The position numbers and the translations under genes are program-made. A DNA stretch of 64,000 bases from Octopus vulgaris (lineage: Eukaryota). A model generated the notes under the pieces. The model was not told the origin of the DNA. It ran no database searches and was given only the letters and a program-made list of their open reading frames with translations. The stretch is from the NCBI GenBank assembly GCA_951406725.2, contig OX597817.1, positions 59,024,001-59,088,000 on the forward strand, given 5' to 3'. Below are positions 63,480 to 64,000 of the stretch, piece by piece; within the stretch, counting starts at the first letter, position 1, and the number at the start of each line of letters is the position of its first letter.

Positions 63480-64000
63480 GCTGCTGTTTTTGTTATTATT
63501 ATCGTTGATTATGACTAATATCACGAATAAATGGAACCATGTGTGTGTTGATATATTTTATTTATATATTTGTTTATGTATGTGGATGTGTGTGTGTATA
63601 CATACATGCGTGTGTGTGTGTATGGATGCGTGTGTTTACGTACATTTGCATACAAGGTAGATGTTTATCTAATTCTATGTAAATGTATTTATGTATGTAT
63701 GCATGCATTCATCCACGTATGCATGCATGTATGTATGTGTGTATGTATGTATGTAAGTGTATGTATGCGTGTGTATCTATGTATGCATTCATCCACGTAT
63801 GTATGTATCTATGTGTGTATGTATGTATGTATGTGTGTATGTCTGTCTGTCTGTCTGTATGTATGTATGTATGTATGTATGTATGTATGAATGTATGTAT
63901 GTATGTATGTATGTATGTATGTATGCATGTGTGTGTGTATGTGTGTATGCGTATGTGTGTGAATGTGACTATGTATGCGTATATGTGTATGTATGAATGT

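Overview
AT-rich, microsatellite-saturated eukaryotic DNA, most likely from an octopus or other coleoid cephalopod (inferred from the SINE families and repeat load, not proven). Nearly all listed ORFs are microsatellite artefacts. One credible host coding exon was found: a ~129-aa single-pass membrane protein at 2615-3004 behind a clean splice acceptor. There are also two promoter or first-exon-like unique islands. The rest is a layered transposon record: several tRNA-derived SINE families; Penelope-like (PLE), Tx1/L1, R4/Dong, RTE and CR1-type LINE remnants; Tc1, mariner, maT and Tigger derivatives; 8-bp-TSD MITEs; and Helitrons. Most notable: (1) a family of minimal type-I hammerhead ribozyme motifs with covarying stem II in PLE termini, (2) two unrelated LINEs that appear to insert strand-specifically into microsatellites (R4/Dong-like into (TACA)n, Tx1-like into (TATC)n), and (3) several fold-back elements, one carrying TAACCC repeats in both arms. 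Everything was read by eye, so boundaries of degenerate elements are approximate.
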